From an uncultured Eubacteriales bacterium (GTDB lineage: Bacteria; Bacillota; Clostridia; Oscillospirales; CAG-272): a stretch of DNA of 64,000 nucleotides. The notes under the pieces were generated by a model. The model was given only the letters and a program-made list of their open reading frames with translations. It was not told where the DNA came from and did not search any database. Positions 61,306 through 64,000 of the stretch are shown piece by piece (the first letter of the stretch is position 1; every line of letters begins with the position of its first letter). The DNA lies in contig CAKSDP010000006.1 of assembly GCA_934446065.1 (NCBI GenBank), positions 11,032 through 75,031 of the forward strand, written 5' to 3'. A program made the translations under genes and the position numbers.

Positions 61306-62322
61306 TCAGTCCGGCACATTATCGGGAACGCAGTACGACAAACTGTATCTTTCGCCGTCGCGTGATGCTGTCGGCGCACGGTGACGGAACAGAAAATCGG
61401 TCAGCGCGTACATATCGAGCCAGATCTGATTGTTCCCGTCCTTCTGTGATTTGTCGAATATCAGCTCAAGTCCGTAGTGCAGGTGCGGAACATTTATATT
61501 GTTCACGTTTTCCTTTGAGCTGTATCCCGTCATACCGAGATAGCCTATCACCTCGCCGGCGTAGACCTCTTTTCCCTCATACATATCGTTATAGGGGTGA
61601 TCGCGCCTGAGGTGCGCGTAATAGTAATAGCGCTTGCCGTCGTGCGACCTGATTCCTATCCGCCATCCACCGAACCGGTTCCAGCCGCACGCCTCTACCC
61701 ATCCGGATTCCACGGCAATTATCGGTGTCCCGACGCTGCCCATGAGGTCGTGCCCGAGATGCTCGCGCTTGTACCCGAATGAGCGTGACGCTCCGAAATC
61801 ATCGTAATGCGAGTAGTAATATCCGTCGGCGATCGGTGAGTAGACCGTGTATCCGTACCCGTGCTCGGCTGTGTATGTTCCGTCGGCGTTCGCCGTATAT
61901 ACGGTACGATTTCCGACAACGCCGCCGAGAGCAGCGAGATAGCACGATTCGTAGTATTCGTAAAGTTTGCTGTTTTCGGCAAGCGCTCCCGGATCAACAC
62001 CGGCACATTCTTTCGCAAGAGATGATATATCGCCCCGCTTGTAATGCGAGAAATCACCGCCTTTTCGCGACGCATACAGCGCCAAAAGCGCGCACATGGA
62101 GACGGGCGCCTCACCATCGTGCGAGCTTATGTCCGCCTCAGCCGCCTCGGCGATCGCAGCGGCAGTCGGCGTGAAATCGACCCATTTTATATAATCGGCG
62201 AAGGCTCCGGTCCAAAACGACGAAAACAGCACCGCCGACGTGACCGATGCCGCGCAGATCCTTTTTATAATATTTATAATTTCAACCACCTCCACTGTTA
62301 TTAAAATTATCTCCGCCGGCAC
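61306..62322 (-). CDS. Secreted M23-family metallopeptidase
   Basis: HLGHDLMG (HxxxD) and NVPHLHYGLE (HxH) motifs. The signal-like segment KRICAASVTSAVLFSSFWTGAFA begins 19 codons into the ORF, so the true start is uncertain. Confidence 0.8.
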   Translation of the reverse strand: MPAEIILITVEVVEIINIIKRICAASVTSAVLFSSFWTGAFADYIKWVDFTPTAAAIAEAAEADISSHDGEAPVSMCALLALYASRKGGDFSHYKRGDISSLAKECAGVDPGALAENSKLYEYYESCYLAALGGVVGNRTVYTANADGTYTAEHGYGYTVYSPIADGYYYSHYDDFGASRSFGYKREHLGHDLMGSVGTPIIAVESGWVEACGWNRFGGWRIGIRSHDGKRYYYYAHLRRDHPYNDMYEGKEVYAGEVIGYLGMTGYSSKENVNNINVPHLHYGLELIFDKSQKDGNNQIWLDMYALTDFLFRHRAPTASRDGERYSLSYCVPDNVPD

Positions 62323-62487
62323 TCGATATTATCATATGAAAATCGCGGAAATAACGCACACAAACACGCGAAAATGCCGACGAACAAAGCGTGCGCAATT
62401 TCCTGTTGTCAATGTGCATAATATGCAAAGCAAAGCGGACAAAAAACAGTGCGGCTCGATGATTTTAGAAAAAATTCGCAGGAATGG

Positions 62488-62516
62488 TTGCATAAATACA
62501 CGCGATATGCTATTAT
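62488..62516 (+). promoter_or_regulatory. Sigma-A-type promoter for argC
   Basis: TTGCAT (62488-62493), a 17-nt spacer, then TGcTATTAT (-10 at 62511-62516). Confidence 0.65.
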
Positions 62517-62531
62517 TATTGTATAATTAAT

Positions 62532-62566
62532 CATAATTATACATACACAACGCATAATTATGCATA
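62532..62566 (+). promoter_or_regulatory. Tandem ARG-box-like operators (putative ArgR/AhrC site)
   Basis: CATAATTATACATA (62532-62545) and CATAATTATGCATA (62553-62566), with a 21-nt period. The second contains the perfect palindrome GCATAATTATGC. They lie just downstream of the -10. Confidence 0.55.
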
Positions 62567-62601
62567 AAATGAATGCTATCGCAATATATCGGGAGTGCAC
62601 A

Positions 62602-63531
62602 GTGAAAAAAGTATTTATTGACGGCAAGGCCGGTACAACGGGACTTCGAATATATGAAAGACTTGAGGGACGCAGTGATATCAGGCTTCTCACGCTGTCG
62701 GACGACGACAGAAAGGATCCGGCGCTTCGCCGCAGTATGCTGAACTCTGCCGACATAGCATTTCTGTGTCTGCCGGATGCTGCCGCTATCGAAGCAGCCC
62801 AAATGGTTGAAAATCCCGATACGGTAGTGATCGACACCTCTACCGCTCACCGCACGGCACCGGGATGGATATACGGATTTCCCGAGCTGTCGTCCGAAAT
62901 ACGAAGCGCGATCCCGCACGCCAAGCGGATCGCCGTACCGGGATGCCACGCCGGTGGCTTCATAGCGCTTATGCGCCCGCTGATCGAGTCCGGCGCGATA
63001 GCAAAGGATGCGCGGCTCACCTGCCATTCCATCACCGGATACAGCGGCGGAGGAAAAAAGATGATCGCTGAATATGAGGACACGGAGAGAAGTCCGCTCC
63101 TCGGCGCACCGAGACAGTACGGACTCACTCAGAACCACAAGCACCTGCGTGAGATGAAAGCTATCACGGGACTTGAGCACGAGCCGATATTCTGCCCGAT
63201 CGTCGCCGACTTTTACAGCGGAATGGAAGTGACCGTCCCGCTGTTTGCGGAAGATCTCGCCCCCGGATTTACAGCCGATTCTATCCGTGAGATCTATAAA
63301 TCAAAGTATACCGGTCCCATTGTAACGTTTGATTCACCGGACGAGAGCGCAATGCTTCCCGCAGCCGGTCAGAGCGGACTTGATTCCATGAAGATCGCCG
63401 TTCTCGGCAATTCGGAGCGGATCCTGCTCACCGCACTGTATGACAATCTCGGCAAGGGCGCTTCCGGTGCGGCAGTCGAAGTAATGAATATCGTACTCGG
63501 AGTGCCCGAAACAACAGGTCTGTCACTGTAA
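62602..63531 (+). CDS. argC: N-acetyl-gamma-glutamyl-phosphate reductase (short 'uncommon' ArgC form)
   Basis: KVFIDGKAGTTGLRIYERL and the active-site context VPGCHAGG. It is 309 aa from GTG 62602, which lies 6 nt after GGGAG. The listed ATG at 62560 sits inside the ARG box. Confidence 0.85.
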   Translation: MKKVFIDGKAGTTGLRIYERLEGRSDIRLLTLSDDDRKDPALRRSMLNSADIAFLCLPDAAAIEAAQMVENPDTVVIDTSTAHRTAPGWIYGFPELSSEIRSAIPHAKRIAVPGCHAGGFIALMRPLIESGAIAKDARLTCHSITGYSGGGKKMIAEYEDTERSPLLGAPRQYGLTQNHKHLREMKAITGLEHEPIFCPIVADFYSGMEVTVPLFAEDLAPGFTADSIREIYKSKYTGPIVTFDSPDESAMLPAAGQSGLDSMKIAVLGNSERILLTALYDNLGKGASGAAVEVMNIVLGVPETTGLSL

Positions 63532-63559
63532 AAAAACATCTTAGAAAGGAATCATGAAA

Positions 63560-64000
63560 ATGAACATAAAGGGTAAGGATTTTCTGAAACTTCTCGATTT
63601 CTCGAGCGATGAAATAATGGGTCTTATCGACCTTGCAGCCGATCTTAAGGAAAAGAAAAAAGCGGGCGCTTCTCACAAATATTGCGACGGCAAAAATGTC
63701 GTTCTTATATTTGAGAAAACGAGCACGCGTACCCGCTGCAGCTTTGAGGTTGCCGCCCGCGACCTCGGTATGGGAGTCACATATCTCGATCCCACCGGAT
63801 CGCAGATCGGCAAAAAGGAAAGCATCGCCGACACGGCGAGAGTTCTCGCTTCAATGTATGACGGGATCGAGTATCGCGGATATTCCCAGTCGATAGTGGA
63901 GGAGCTTGCAAAGTATTCGTCCGTGCCGGTTTGGAACGGTCTCACCGATGAGTTCCACCCCACGCAGATCCTTGCCGATATGCTGACCATACGCGAGCAG
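63560..64000 (+). CDS. argF: Ornithine carbamoyltransferase, 3'-truncated by the window edge (not in the ORF track)
   Basis: My translation is [33 protein letters not shown]...[20 protein letters not shown]...[10 protein letters not shown]...[19 protein letters not shown], with the STRTR and HPTQ signatures. AGGA lies 9 nt before ATG 63560. Confidence 0.9.
   Translation, partial: MNIKGKDFLKLLDFSSDEIMGLIDLAADLKEKKKAGASHKYCDGKNVVLIFEKTSTRTRCSFEVAARDLGMGVTYLDPTGSQIGKKESIADTARVLASMYDGIEYRGYSQSIVEELAKYSSVPVWNGLTDEFHPTQILADMLTIREQ

Noticed and set aside
1-64000. Search for CRISPR arrays, tRNA/rRNA genes, IS elements, integrases, prophage, toxin-antitoxin or known defence genes
   Set aside because: None found. 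All intergenic gaps are 280 nt or shorter and are accounted for by promoters and terminators. No repeat-spacer periodicity, no inverted terminal repeats and no transposase or integrase motifs appear in any frame I read.

Overview
This 64-kb window looks like ordinary core chromosome from a moderately GC-rich (mid-50s % by eye), endospore-forming, dockerin-encoding Firmicute. The taxon (Clostridia, Oscillospiraceae/Ruminococcaceae-like) is inference only. I resolve 58 protein-coding genes at about 90 % coding density. Two are cut by the window edges, and one, a 56-aa ferredoxin, is missing from the supplied ORF track. I also call 17 sigma-A-type promoters, 14 hairpin terminators and a few operator-like repeats.

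Gene content:
- Translation and RNA modification: metG, glyQS, prfA, tsaC, rsmA, rsmI, tmcAL.
- Replication and topology: holB, a parC-like gene.
- Central metabolism: gap, coaE, a gpsA-like gene, nagA, argC-argF.
- Sporulation: spoVT, spoIIAA-spoIIAB-sigF, ricT/yaaT, a SpoIID/LytB-type gene.
- Envelope polysaccharide: a CapD-like dehydratase, a Wzy_C-type protein, TagO/WecA, a small phosphosugar transferase, an LCP-like gene.
- Transport: CopA, MATE, MFS, LrgAB.
- Glycoside hydrolases: two cytoplasmic GH27 alpha-galactosidases.
- Secreted dockerin proteins: two BspA-type LRR proteins and a papain-like peptidase.

I saw no rRNA, tRNA, CRISPR array, transposase, integrase, phage gene or recognisable defence gene. 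I therefore do not claim a clear-cut new system.

The items most worth follow-up are:
1. A tightly coupled Wzy_C / DUF4330-like / TagO / DUF4330-like operon followed by a degenerate LCP-like gene.
2. A TatD plus small radical-SAM pair translationally chained to metG.
3. An unannotated 2x[4Fe-4S] ferredoxin in the slot that yabA occupies in the B. subtilis holB-ricT-...-rsmI cluster.
4. A 300-bp tandemly repeated Cys/His-rich extracellular module shared by the two LRR-dockerin genes.

All family assignments come from motif recognition by eye and need HMM or BLAST confirmation.
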